A stretch of DNA of 64,000 bases from NCBI GenBank assembly GCA_965203275.1, contig OZ241865.1, positions 1,088,001 to 1,152,000 of the forward strand, in the 5' to 3' direction. The notes beneath the pieces were generated by a model. The model ran no database searches, had not been told where the DNA came from, and saw only the letters and a list, made by a program, of their open reading frames with translations. Both the position numbers and the translations under genes were made by a program. Below, piece by piece: positions 8,099-18,291 of this stretch (within the stretch, counting starts at the first letter, position 1; the number at the start of each line of letters is the position of its first letter). The DNA comes from Bdellovibrionales bacterium (GTDB lineage Bacteria; Bdellovibrionota; Bdellovibrionia; Bdellovibrionales; JAUICD01).

Positions 8099-10546
8099 TT
8101 AATCGGTTATGTCGTCTGAGGATAACTCAGAAGGCCCTGGATGATTAATATTGCCAGTGCCACCACCACTTGCTTTTGGCCATTTACACTGGATCTCTCT
8201 TTTATTGCCACACTGGGTAAGTCTTGTATGTGGTTTGTTACGGCAAGTCCACCGATGGTGGGTGGCATTGTCTCCTGGATGTGGATGATGGACTCCTTCA
8301 GAACATTTATTATTTATGTTGCCACACACACCACAGACACTTCTGTCAGTCTTATCTCTACTACACCTGACCTCTCTTTTATTGCCACATTTAGCAAGTC
8401 TTGTATGTGGACGATTACGACAAGTCCACCGATGGTGGGTGGCATTAGCTCCTGGGTGTGGATGAACTACTCCAGCAGAACATGTATTAGCTTTTGAGCC
8501 ACAACGTCCGCAGACAGTATTGTCAGCTCTTTCTTTACTACACCTCACCTCTTTTTTATTACCACACTTAGCAATTTTTGTATGTGGACGATTACGACAA
8601 GTCCATCGATAGTGAGTGGTGTTATGACCAGGGTGCGGGTGACGTGTTCCGGACACACATGCATTGACTGTGTTGCCACACTCTCCACAGACACCATTGA
8701 CAGCATTCGGCTTACTACACCTAACCTCTCTTTTATTACCACACTGGGCAAGTCTTGTATGTGGTTTGTTACGGCAAGTCCAGCGATAGTGAGTGGCATT
8801 AGCTCCTGGGTGCGGGTGATGGCTTCCAGCAGAACATGTATTGGCTTTTGAACCACAACGTCCGCATTTCACCGATTTGCTGACAGGCTTTTTCTTACTA
8901 CACCTGATCTCTCTTTTATTGCTACACTGGGCAAGTCTTTTATGTGGCTTGTTACGGCAAGTCCACCGATAGTGGGTGGCATTAGCTCCTGGGTGCGGGT
9001 GATGGCTTCCAGCAGAACATGTATTTGGCTTTGAACCACAACGTCCGCATTTCACCGATTTGCTGACAGGCTTTTTCTTACTACACCTGATCTCTCTTTT
9101 ATTACTGCACTTGGCATTTTTGGTATGTGGCTTGTTACGGCAAGTCCATCGATAATGAGTGGCATTAGCTCCTGGATGTGGATGAACTACTCCAGCAGAA
9201 CATGTATTTGGCTTTGAACCACAACGTCCGCATTTCACCGATTTGCTGACAGGCTTTTTCTTACTACACCTGATCTCTCTTTTATTACTGCACTTGGCAT
9301 TTTTGGTATGTGGTTTGTTACGGCAAGTCCATCGATAATGAGTGGCATTAGCTCCTGGATGTGGATGAACTATTCCAGCAGAACATGTATTTGGCTTTGA
9401 ACCACAACGTCCGCATTTCACCGATTTGCTGACAGGCTTTTTCTTACTACACCTGATCTCTCTTTTATTACTGCACTTGGCATTTTTGGTATGTGGCTTG
9501 TTACGGCAAGTCCATCGATAATGAGTGGCATTAGCTCCTGGATGTGGATGAACTACTCCAGCAGAACATGTATTTGGCTTTGAACCACATTTTCCACAAG
9601 TCACTGGTTTGCTGACAGGCTTTTTCTTACTACACCTGATCTCTCTTTTATTACTGCACTTGGCATTTTTGGTATGTGGTTTGTTACGGCAAGTCCACCG
9701 ATGGTGAGTGGCATTGTCTCCTGGATGTGGATGAAGTGTTCCAACAGAACATGTATTGGGCTTTGAACCACATTTTCCACAAGCCACTGGTTTGCTGACA
9801 GGCTTTTTCTTACTACACCTGATCTCTCTTTTATTACTGCACTTGGCATTTTTGGTATGTGGTTTGTTACGGCAAGTCCACCGATGGTGAGTGGCATTGT
9901 CTCCTGGATGTGGATGAAGTGTTCCAACAGAACATGTATTGGGCTTTGAACCACATTTTCCACAAGCCACTGGTGTTGGGCTTTTTATTGGTGATGGACT
10001 TGGTCTTGGTGATTCTGCAACGTTAGCTATCGATCTAGAATGATAAATCCAAGTACCTTCTCTATCTGTTTGCACATTCCAGGTGAATTGAGGATTGCTG
10101 TTACAATTGTTAAGAATTTGTACAACACTGATCTCGCTACTTCCTTGACAGCCTGTGGCAATTCTCTTTTTACAGTAAGCAATATTAACTTTTGAAATTT
10201 GATTTGGGTTGGTAATACAATCTTGATCTATTGGACAGTAATATCCGTAACGCCAAGACCTGCTAGAATGACTGTGGTATCTTAAATCATCTATTACATC
10301 ATCTATAAAATCATAATTATTACAAGCATTCTCATCAGGTGGTAACATGCCAATAAATGGCTCTGGAGTGTCCTCTGGCACTGCTGGTGGTATATATTGG
10401 GAGGGGGTCACTATTTGAGGGGAAGCAGATGTAGAAACACTTTGAGTAGGATTATTTTTTGATTCACAATTGTTAAATTGTAAGCCAAGTAGAGCAAAAG
10501 ATATAATGATCACAATAAGAGAAAATTTTTTTCCTTTTATTTCCAT
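8099..10546 (-). CDS. Secreted lipoprotein with ten ~60-aa Cys/His-rich tandem repeats
   Basis: LGLQFNNC lipobox-like; repeat CGxCGSKxNTCSxGxxHPHPGxNATHxRWTCRNKPH...CxNKRExRC. Confidence 0.85.
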   Translation of the reverse strand: MEIKGKKFSLIVIIISFALLGLQFNNCESKNNPTQSVSTSASPQIVTPSQYIPPAVPEDTPEPFIGMLPPDENACNNYDFIDDVIDDLRYHSHSSRSWRYGYYCPIDQDCITNPNQISKVNIAYCKKRIATGCQGSSEISVVQILNNCNSNPQFTWNVQTDREGTWIYHSRSIANVAESPRPSPSPIKSPTPVACGKCGSKPNTCSVGTLHPHPGDNATHHRWTCRNKPHTKNAKCSNKREIRCSKKKPVSKPVACGKCGSKPNTCSVGTLHPHPGDNATHHRWTCRNKPHTKNAKCSNKREIRCSKKKPVSKPVTCGKCGSKPNTCSAGVVHPHPGANATHYRWTCRNKPHTKNAKCSNKREIRCSKKKPVSKSVKCGRCGSKPNTCSAGIVHPHPGANATHYRWTCRNKPHTKNAKCSNKREIRCSKKKPVSKSVKCGRCGSKPNTCSAGVVHPHPGANATHYRWTCRNKPHTKNAKCSNKREIRCSKKKPVSKSVKCGRCGSKPNTCSAGSHHPHPGANATHYRWTCRNKPHKRLAQCSNKREIRCSKKKPVSKSVKCGRCGSKANTCSAGSHHPHPGANATHYRWTCRNKPHTRLAQCGNKREVRCSKPNAVNGVCGECGNTVNACVSGTRHPHPGHNTTHYRWTCRNRPHTKIAKCGNKKEVRCSKERADNTVCGRCGSKANTCSAGVVHPHPGANATHHRWTCRNRPHTRLAKCGNKREVRCSRDKTDRSVCGVCGNINNKCSEGVHHPHPGDNATHHRWTCRNKPHTRLTQCGNKREIQCKWPKASGGGTGNINHPGPSELSSDDITD
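8180..9972 (-). repeat. Intragenic tandem repeat, ~177-183 bp unit, 10 copies
   Basis: Near-identical 183-bp units visible at 8870-9970. Confidence 0.9.
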
Positions 10547-10603
10547 CTTTTTTCAACCTTCAAATTTTATCCTTTCATCAAGCCAAAATCTTACCTATTT
10601 ACT

Positions 10604-10631
10604 TTATCGGCAAGTTTCTTGAAAATTTTTA
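10604..10631 (-). promoter_or_regulatory. Possible sigma-28 (FliA)-type promoter for the Cys-repeat lipoprotein
   Basis: Minus strand TAAA-N16-GCCGATAA; spacing is one base off the usual consensus. Confidence 0.3.
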
Positions 10632-11080
10632 ATTTTTTAATTTAAAAAATTATTTTAATGCCTTAAAACACATCTCTATGAAATGATGAGAATTTTTCTG
10701 GAGGGAAAATGCTATCCTGAAAAGATGATGTTTGCTTCTTTATGTAATTTGGTATGATATTGATTTATGTGTCTTTCAGGCTTTTTTAAGACTAAAAACT
10801 GATAGGAATTAAGGTACTAGCACATCAATTGGATTTTCCTCTAAATAATGCTAGATAAAGGTATAATGATATAAAATAGAGGTATTAAAAGATGATTTCC
10901 TCAGGATGGTTTGAAATTTAGTTTTTTATTTGTGTTATATGGCTCTATAAACTCAGGATTTAATTTCTTGCATATAAATATAAAATTAGATTATTTATAG
11001 CATTTCTTATATTGTCTTCTTTGTATATGATGGGTCATAAACTATATCCCTTTGAAAAATTAAACAAATGGCAAAGACTA

Positions 11081-11809
11081 TTAAGAGAGGTATATGCCAC
11101 CAAAACGTCTTTTTCTCTTACGATAGGCATCGATTATATAACTTAAATCGCCTTCTGAAAAATCAGGCCATTGTTTTTTGGTAAAAAATAACTCTGCATA
11201 AGAAGCCTTCCAAAGCAAGAAATTAGAAAGCCGTTTTTCTCCACTGCTACGGATAATGATGTCTGGGTTTGGTAAAAAACTTGTTTCTAAGTGTTGATCT
11301 ATTAGGTTTTCTGTTATATCAGTCTGCTTGATTCGACCTGACAGAACATCTCTTACAATATCTTGCATCACAGATGCGATCTCCTGTTTGCCCCCATAAT
11401 TCAGGGCAAGGGTTAGAGTCATGCCTTTATTGTGACTTGTTGTTTCAATGCAATTTTTAAGTTTATTTTGTATGTGGATAGGTAATTTTTGAGTTTGTCC
11501 GATACTGCAAAGGCGGATGTTATTTTTCATCATTGTATAAATTTCACGATCTAGATATTTGTTAAGAAGCTTCATTAAGATATTGATTTCTTCTTGTGGT
11601 CGTTTCCAGTTTTCTGTACTCAATGCAAAAAGAGTTAAATATTTGATTTGTTTTTGAAAAGCAGCTTTCACTGTGGCTTTTACAGCCTTAGCTCCTCTAA
11701 CATGCCCATAAATACGAGGATAACCTCTTTTTTCAGCCCATCTTCCATTGCCATCCATAATTATTGCAATATGCTTAGGAATTTTCACGCCTTTAGCCTT
11801 CCTATTCAT
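11081..11809 (-). CDS. uppS: Isoprenyl transferase (undecaprenyl diphosphate synthase)
   Basis: HIAIIMDGNGRWA, FALSTENWKRP, IRSSGEKRLSNFLLW. Confidence 0.95.
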   Translation of the reverse strand: MNRKAKGVKIPKHIAIIMDGNGRWAEKRGYPRIYGHVRGAKAVKATVKAAFQKQIKYLTLFALSTENWKRPQEEINILMKLLNKYLDREIYTMMKNNIRLCSIGQTQKLPIHIQNKLKNCIETTSHNKGMTLTLALNYGGKQEIASVMQDIVRDVLSGRIKQTDITENLIDQHLETSFLPNPDIIIRSSGEKRLSNFLLWKASYAELFFTKKQWPDFSEGDLSYIIDAYRKRKRRFGGIYLS

Positions 11810-11811
11810 TG

Positions 11812-12720
11812 GGTTGTTTCAGTTGTTTCACTCAAAGTGAACTGACCTCTGGTCACTTTCTGGCGATGACCACGATGGCTTTCGCCATCGATAAAATGGT
11901 CATCGCCTAGAAAGCCTGTTCACTTTGAGTAGGGAGGATATCCTCGTTTTTTTACTACATGTTAAGGGTTTGTTTCACTAAAAGTAAACCAACCTCTGGT
12001 TGCTTTTGGACATTGCTCTGACAGCTATCGCTGTCCAAAAAGAGCAATGTCGTTGGTTCACTAAAAGTGGTCTAGCCTCTGGCTACTTTCTGGCAATGAC
12101 CGCAATGGCTTTCGCCATTGGCAAAATGGTCATTGCCTAGAAAGCTTGACCACTTTTAGTAGGGAGGATCCCTTCGTCCCTTAACTTCATATTAAGGAAA
12201 AAGTCCTTTCTTACACCTTTTGACCACGATGGCTTTCGCCATCGATAAAATGGTCATCGCCTAGAAAGCCTGTTCACTTTGAGTAGGGAGGATATCCTCG
12301 TTTTTTTACTACATGTTAAGGGTTTGTTTCACTAAAAGTAAACCAACCTCTGGTTGCTTTTGGACATTGCTCTGACAGCTATCGCTGTCCAAAAAGAGCA
12401 ATGTCGTTGGTTCACTAAAAGTGGTCTAGCCTCTGGCTACTTTCTGGCAATGACCGCAATGGCTTTCGCCATTGGCAAAATGGTCATTGCCTAGAAAGCT
12501 TGACCACTTTTAGTAGGGAGGATCCCTTCGTCCCTTAACTTCATATTAAGGAAAAAGTCCTTTCTTACACCTTTTGACCACGATGGCTTTCGCCATCGGT
12601 AAAATGGTCATCGCCTAGAAAGCCTGTTCACTTTGAGTAGGAAGGATATCCTCGTTTTTTTACTACATGCTAAGGAAAAAGTTCCTTCTGTTGCCGGTTT
12701 GCCGGATGCCGGAAAAAAGA
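11812..12720 (-). repeat. Family A repeat cluster containing a 354-bp tandem duplication (~2.3 copies)
   Basis: GACCACGATGGC recurs at 11868, 12222 and 12576; full A copies at ~11825-11967, 12055-12197 and 12409-12551. Confidence 0.9.
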
Positions 12721-12775
12721 CCTTTTTATTTCTTTATACCATGTTAATGAAAGTTCTCTACATCAAAGCATAGAA

Positions 12776-13450
12776 TTATTCGTGGCTTTCCATTGTTTTA
12801 AAAAGACTCTCAGCTAGCTCTTTTTTACTTTCTACTTTTTGAAAAAGTTTTTTATTTTTATAAATCTCAGCTTTATGTTTTTCACCTTTAATTTCTGATA
12901 GCCTATTGTGAACCACAATATCAACAGTGTCACAATATAGTATCTCTTTGATTTGATTTGTTTCTTCTTGAACATTATTGGTATCTGTTAATTTAAACCC
13001 CGCCACAAGAATACTTTTATTTTGAGAAAGAGCTTTTAATTGAGGTAAAAGTTTAGGGTTTTGTTTTAACTTTAAGGTCAAGCTTTGACAAGCTGTTATT
13101 TTTTTTACACTCTGCATACGTGTTATACGATGATCTTCCATCAAAATATCAGAGATACAATAATCTCCCACAGCAGCTAAATGAATGACTGCATCAAAAT
13201 GATTTAAAGAAAGCTGTGAGCTTAAAGCTCTTTGCAAATCTCTATAAGTTGTAAAAGGAATAACCACAGTAGATTCTTTGATCTCATCAGGGATAGACAC
13301 ATCAGAAGCTATTAATAAAGTCACTTTTTGATGAAACTGAACAAAAGCTTGAGCTAAAAAAAGCCCTGTTTGTCCTGTGCTGATATTGCTAATGTAGCGA
13401 ACAGAATCAATAAACTCTTTTGTGCTACCAGCTGTGATCAGAAGTTTCAT
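12776..13450 (-). CDS. coaB: Phosphopantothenate--cysteine ligase (stand-alone CoaB/DFP domain)
   Basis: LITAGSTKEFIDSVRYISNISTG, HLAAVGDY, GFKL; start moved to ATG 13450. Confidence 0.8.
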   Translation of the reverse strand: MKLLITAGSTKEFIDSVRYISNISTGQTGLFLAQAFVQFHQKVTLLIASDVSIPDEIKESTVVIPFTTYRDLQRALSSQLSLNHFDAVIHLAAVGDYCISDILMEDHRITRMQSVKKITACQSLTLKLKQNPKLLPQLKALSQNKSILVAGFKLTDTNNVQEETNQIKEILYCDTVDIVVHNRLSEIKGEKHKAEIYKNKKLFQKVESKKELAESLFKTMESHE

Positions 13451-13454
13451 CGTT

Positions 13455-14357
13455 TCACCTACTTCTATTAACATTTAACTCTACAAGCTGAACTAGATGC
13501 GTTATATCGAGGTTCTCAGCTATAGGTTCTAAAGCTTTTATAGCATTAAGAGAATAATCTTGCAGTTTTTTTTTAGCTTTGTGAAACCCCCACCTTTGAA
13601 CACAATTTATAGATGGTACTGTATGGCTATCAGTAGAATCAAAATCCTCTAAATCATCTGCAATTTGAAAAGCTATACCTAAATTTTGTGCAAATTTTTC
13701 TAAATGAGTTACTACCAAAGTGCGAGCTTTTAATAAAGTAGCTGTTCCTACCACAGGGGCTAAAATCAAAGCTCCTGTTTTAAGAGTATAAAGCTTTTCT
13801 AAATCTAAATGAGCATGATTTTTAGCTTGTAGATCCATCATTTGACCAGAGATCATCCCCTGTCCACCTGCTGCTAAAGCTAGTAACTCTACCAAAGCCT
13901 TTGCATGGATAGGATAATAAGCGACTAATGAAAACGCTTCTGTCAAAAGAGTATCACCAACTAAAATAGCAGTCGCTTCATCAAAAGCTTTGTGTAATGA
14001 AAGGCGACCACGTCGTTGTGAGGCATTGTCCATAGCTGGCAAATCATCATGGACTAAAGAGTAGGTATGAATAAATTCCACCCCACAAGCAAAAGGTAAT
14101 ACAAAATGCATGTTTTCTTTTTGTATAGATTCTTTTGTCAGCAAGGATTTTGTATTCAAGGACTTTGCTACCGAAAGAGCTAATAATACACGAAATCTTT
14201 TACCGCCTTTAAGTGCATATTTAATGGCTTTAATCAATTGCTTATTTTCAGGAGGAATTTTTTGTTGATAGGTGTTGATCCAATCCTGAAGAAATTTATC
14301 AAAAAGAACCACCATCTCTTGAAAAGAAGTATTTTTAAGTAATGCAGGTTTAGACAT
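13455..14357 (-). CDS. ispA: Polyprenyl synthetase (geranyltranstransferase)
   Basis: GGKRFR, HDDLPAMD, GQMMD, KTGAL, FQIADD; likely start ATG 14357 (the ORF-track GTG lies inside a repeat end). Confidence 0.9.
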   Translation of the reverse strand: MSKPALLKNTSFQEMVVLFDKFLQDWINTYQQKIPPENKQLIKAIKYALKGGKRFRVLLALSVAKSLNTKSLLTKESIQKENMHFVLPFACGVEFIHTYSLVHDDLPAMDNASQRRGRLSLHKAFDEATAILVGDTLLTEAFSLVAYYPIHAKALVELLALAAGGQGMISGQMMDLQAKNHAHLDLEKLYTLKTGALILAPVVGTATLLKARTLVVTHLEKFAQNLGIAFQIADDLEDFDSTDSHTVPSINCVQRWGFHKAKKKLQDYSLNAIKALEPIAENLDITHLVQLVELNVNRSR

Positions 14358-14370
14358 TTTTGTACCTATA

Positions 14371-15783
14371 TTCACTAAAAGTAAACTAGCCTCTGGCTAC
14401 TTTTGGGTTGCCAGCCCGACGGCTCTCGCCGTCGATCAAAGGCTGATTGCCTCAAAAATCCGTTTATTTTTAGTAGGAAGAATCCTCTTGTCTCTTTACA
14501 CGATGTTAAGGAAACAAGATATCCACTCCCGGGATCAGGCAATCAGGCATCCCGGGATCTGATGCCGGGTTGCCGGATCCCGGATCCCGGATAAATATCA
14601 TGTTAAGGAAAAAGTTCCTTCTGTTTCACTGTTTCACTAAAAGTAAACTAGCCTCTGTTTCACTCAAAGTGAACTGGCCTCTGGCCACTTTCTGGCGATG
14701 ACCACGATGGCTTACGCCGTTGACAAAATGGTCATCGCCTAGAAAGCCTGTTCACTTTGAGTAGGGAGGATCTCCTCGTTTTTTTACTACATGTTAAGGA
14801 AACAAGCTATTTGTTTCACTCAAAATAAATCATGCCTCTGGCATGTTTTCTGGCAGTTAGCCCGACGGCTCACGCCGTCGATCAAAGGCTAACTGCCTAG
14901 AAAATCCATTTATTTTTAGTAGGAAGAATCCTCTTGTCTCTTTACACGATGTTAAGGAAACAAGATATCCACTCCCGGGATCAGGCAATCAGGCATCCCG
15001 GGATCTGATGCCGGGTTGCCGGATCCCTGATCCCGGATCCCGGATAAATATCATGTTAAGGAAAAAGTTCCTTCTGTTTTACTGGTTCACTAAAAGTAAA
15101 CTAGCCTCTGGCTACTTTCTGGCAATGACCGCAATGGCTTTCGCCATTGGCAAAATGGTCATTGCCTAGAAAGCTTGACCACTTTTAGTAGGGAGGATCC
15201 CTTCGTCCCTTAACTTCATGTTAAGGAAAAAGTCCTTTCTTACACCTTTTGACCACGATGGCTTTCGCCATTGGCAAAATGGTCATCGCCTAGAAAGCCT
15301 GACCACTTTTAGTAGGGAGGACCTCCTCATCTCTTTACACGATGTTAAGGAAACAAGACATTCACTCCCGGTATCTTGGATCTGGCACTGGCATCCCGGG
15401 TTCCGGGACTTGATGCCGGTTTGCCGGATACCAGATCCCAGAAAAAGGATCCCTTTATGTCTTTATACCATGTTAAGGAAATAAACTATTTGTTTTTTTG
15501 TTTTTTTATTTTCTTTTAGATTCTGCGTAATTTTCAAAAAAGCATGAGTATTATGAGTGGGAGGCGGGGGCAGGCTGAAGATCTTCCGCAGACCCGCTTG
15601 CTCCCTAAAAACATTTTAGAAGCATATCTTGTTTCCCTAACATGGTGTAAGAAGCAAGGAGATCCTCCTCTACTCAAAATGAGCGGATTTTTTAGGTGTT
15701 GCCTATTTTGTCAAAGGCGTAAGCCTTTGCAGGCAACACCAAAAAACACACCAGAGGTGTGGCTCATTTTGAGTGAAAAAAAT
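14371..15783. repeat. 1.4-kb mosaic repeat cluster between xseB and ispA (A, D and partial B modules)
   Basis: A copies at ~14371-14510, 14657-14798, 14813-14956, 15084-15226, 15251-15350 (minus) and 15635-15780 (plus); D modules at ~14520, 14970 and 15365; partial B at ~15490-15625. Confidence 0.9.
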
Positions 15784-15795
15784 AGATGTTCTCTG

Positions 15796-16020
15796 TTAAT
15801 TTTGAACCGAAGTTAAAGGCTCTGTTTGAGCCTGACCTGTTTCATCCACACTTAAAAGCATTTTGACTTTTTGTTCCGCTTGATGAAGCTTCTCATTGCA
15901 ATCTTTAGAAAGACGTACACCTTCTTCAAAAGCTTTTAAAGATTCATCTAACGACAAATCACCAGATTCTATTTTCTCTACAATGTCTTCTAATTTTTTT
16001 AAATTATTTTCAAAATCCAT
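15796..16020 (-). CDS. xseB: Exodeoxyribonuclease VII small subunit
   Basis: FENNLKKLEDIVEKIESGDLSLDESLKAFEEGVRL. Confidence 0.95.
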   Translation of the reverse strand: MDFENNLKKLEDIVEKIESGDLSLDESLKAFEEGVRLSKDCNEKLHQAEQKVKMLLSVDETGQAQTEPLTSVQN

Positions 16021-16051
16021 ACAACCTCCTCAGGTATTCAGTATAAAAAAC

Positions 16052-17401
16052 TTAATGATGTTTTTGTTTAATTTCTGCCTCTGCCTTCCCTTGAGCAAAG
16101 GTGATCTGCACTACATCGCCTAATTTTATATTTTGAACAGATGTGATAATCTTTGGTTCTTTAAGCAATTTCACAATAGAATAACCTCTGGTCATTACTT
16201 TTAATGGACTTAAGGAGTCTAAAAGTTCTGCTTGATTTTGTAAAGCGAGTTTTTTATTAGCTAAAAAATAATCCATGCCTTTTCTTAGGTTTTCAGATAA
16301 GGAGTTTAATTTCTGTGCCTCTATTTGCCACGTTTGATCTATACGGGTTAATTTTTCTCTATTATTGTTATACCTTTCCCTTAGGAGTCTTAAAGTGTAT
16401 TGAAAGGCTTTTTGCAATCTTTGAAGAAGCTCATCATTTCTTTGGAAAAGTTCTTGTAAAACTTTTTGAGGGTCTTTGAGCCTTTTTGATAACTGCAAAT
16501 ATTTTTGTTGATGTTTTGCAATATGGCTGTGCATGGCATTTGTGAATCGGCAAGTTAAGTGATGAATAGTTTCTTTTATTTCTGTTTTATCTGGTACAAG
16601 AATTTCGGCTGCTACAGAAGGAGTGGGGGCCCGTTGATCAGCCACAAAATCAGAAAGTGTGAAATCAACCTCATGCCCTATAGCTGATACGATAGGAATG
16701 CTAGAAAAGGCTATACATCTAGCCACATCTTCATTATTAAAGCACCAGAGATCTTCCATAGAACCTCCTCCTCTAGCTACAACCATCACATCAAAAGCAG
16801 GTCTGACTTGATGAGCTAAATCAATAGCTCTAATAATTTCAGGGACAGCAGCTTCCCCTTGAACAAGAGTAGGAATTAAAGTGATCTCTAAACCTTGAAA
16901 CCGTCGAGTGAGAACATTGAGCAGATCTTTAATCACAGCCCCTGTAGGAGATGTGACAAGAGCTATTCTTTGAGGATACTTAGGTAGAGGTTTTTTACGT
17001 TCTAGATCAAAGAGTCCTTCGGATTGCAATTTTTGTTTAACCTGTTCAAATTGAGCTTGCAAAGCCCCTTGACCAACTGGTTGCATTTGATAGCACAAAA
17101 GCTGGTACTCTCCCCTTTTAATAAAGGTACTCACAGAAGCTCTGACAAGGACCTCCATGCCATCTTCCGGTGAAAACTCAAGTTTCAGGTTATAACTCTT
17201 AAACATCACAGCCCTAATTTGAGATTTACTATCTTTAAGAGAGAAATAACAATGCCCAGAAGAATGCCTCTTAAAATTAGAAACCTCCCCTTGTACCCAT
17301 ATTCTAGGAAAGTGACCTTCAAGCTGGGATTTAATAACAGTGTTGATCTGCGTAACAGAATAAGTTGGTTGATCCTCATCAGTGGTGTGAAGTATTGTCA
17401 T
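16052..17401 (-). CDS. xseA: Exodeoxyribonuclease VII large subunit
   Basis: WVQGEVSN..SSGHCYFSLKD, ARGGGSMEDLWCFN, SAIGHEVDFTLSDFVAD; likely start ATG 17401 (frame open to 17470). Confidence 0.95.
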   Translation of the reverse strand: MTILHTTDEDQPTYSVTQINTVIKSQLEGHFPRIWVQGEVSNFKRHSSGHCYFSLKDSKSQIRAVMFKSYNLKLEFSPEDGMEVLVRASVSTFIKRGEYQLLCYQMQPVGQGALQAQFEQVKQKLQSEGLFDLERKKPLPKYPQRIALVTSPTGAVIKDLLNVLTRRFQGLEITLIPTLVQGEAAVPEIIRAIDLAHQVRPAFDVMVVARGGGSMEDLWCFNNEDVARCIAFSSIPIVSAIGHEVDFTLSDFVADQRAPTPSVAAEILVPDKTEIKETIHHLTCRFTNAMHSHIAKHQQKYLQLSKRLKDPQKVLQELFQRNDELLQRLQKAFQYTLRLLRERYNNNREKLTRIDQTWQIEAQKLNSLSENLRKGMDYFLANKKLALQNQAELLDSLSPLKVMTRGYSIVKLLKEPKIITSVQNIKLGDVVQITFAQGKAEAEIKQKHH

Positions 17402-17763
17402 TGATATATCCCCTTTCTGGCTAGTTTGATTTCTTATCTCATAAGCTAAACTTATTTGTTTAATTTTCACGAATGTAGACTATCCGCAAGACAAGAATTT
17501 ATCAATAAAAAAAGCAATCCTTATGACGATCCTACCTAAGTATTGCTATCTTTTTATGATGAAATTTATGATGAAATCAATCATATTTTATTCCTAAGAC
17601 CATTCATAATTGTCTTGAATTATAGTTTTTTATAGTGTAAAATATAGTATATAACCAAGCTACGCTTTCAAGCTACGCTAAAAATTATTTAAACCGGTAG
17701 GCCATGACATGAATGCAGAAGTACTCACTCAATTTATTTTAATTTTATGAGGTTATTTATATT

Positions 17764-18180
17764 ATGAAAGTTATATTTATACTATGTACCTTATCTATAC
17801 TTTGCTTTTTCATATTGATAAATAGCAATAATCAATCAGTGGAACTCACATCTCAATCAATTACTCATGATAGTGAAGAGGTTGATTGTTACTGGCTAGA
17901 TAAAGAATATGATCGTATTGTCAGCTGGAATAATAAAAATGAGAGAGAGGTCACAGTCACGCCGGAAGGGCTTGTGATGACTGTTTTGACTGTAGTCACA
18001 CTACCTATTAGATGGATCGATGATTTTTTGAGCGAAGATGTTGAATATCATTTTTCTGATAATCCAGATGATGTCGTAGCAGCCGCAGAAAAAAAAGAAT
18101 GTTACGAGTTATTAGAAAAAATCAATCAAGATCGCATCAATGGTACTTACCCTCTTCCTCCAGAATCAAATCAGAAATAA
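17764..18180 (+). CDS. Hypothetical exported/membrane protein
   Basis: ORF with hydrophobic N-terminus and GAGG RBS. Confidence 0.6.
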   Translation: MKVIFILCTLSILCFFILINSNNQSVELTSQSITHDSEEVDCYWLDKEYDRIVSWNNKNEREVTVTPEGLVMTVLTVVTLPIRWIDDFLSEDVEYHFSDNPDDVVAAAEKKECYELLEKINQDRINGTYPLPPESNQK

Positions 18181-18291
18181 CAAATATGTTTAATATTCTT
18201 TCTTCAAATAAAAGAGCAAATATTCATAAGGGGATTATAACTTAAGTTGAATAGAATAAACTAGAAGTTTATTTATGTTGCAAACATTCTC

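Noticed and set aside
11812..15783. CRISPR array interpretation of the repeat clusters
   Set aside because: No constant short repeat with unique spacers; intervening sequences are themselves repeated and palindromic; no cas genes in the window.
14403..15816. Short ORFs in repeat clusters (14403, 15218, 15544; also 5820, 5970, 6544, 20844, 21183, 49303)
   Set aside because: They are translations of the repeat modules with no RBS or protein-like signature.
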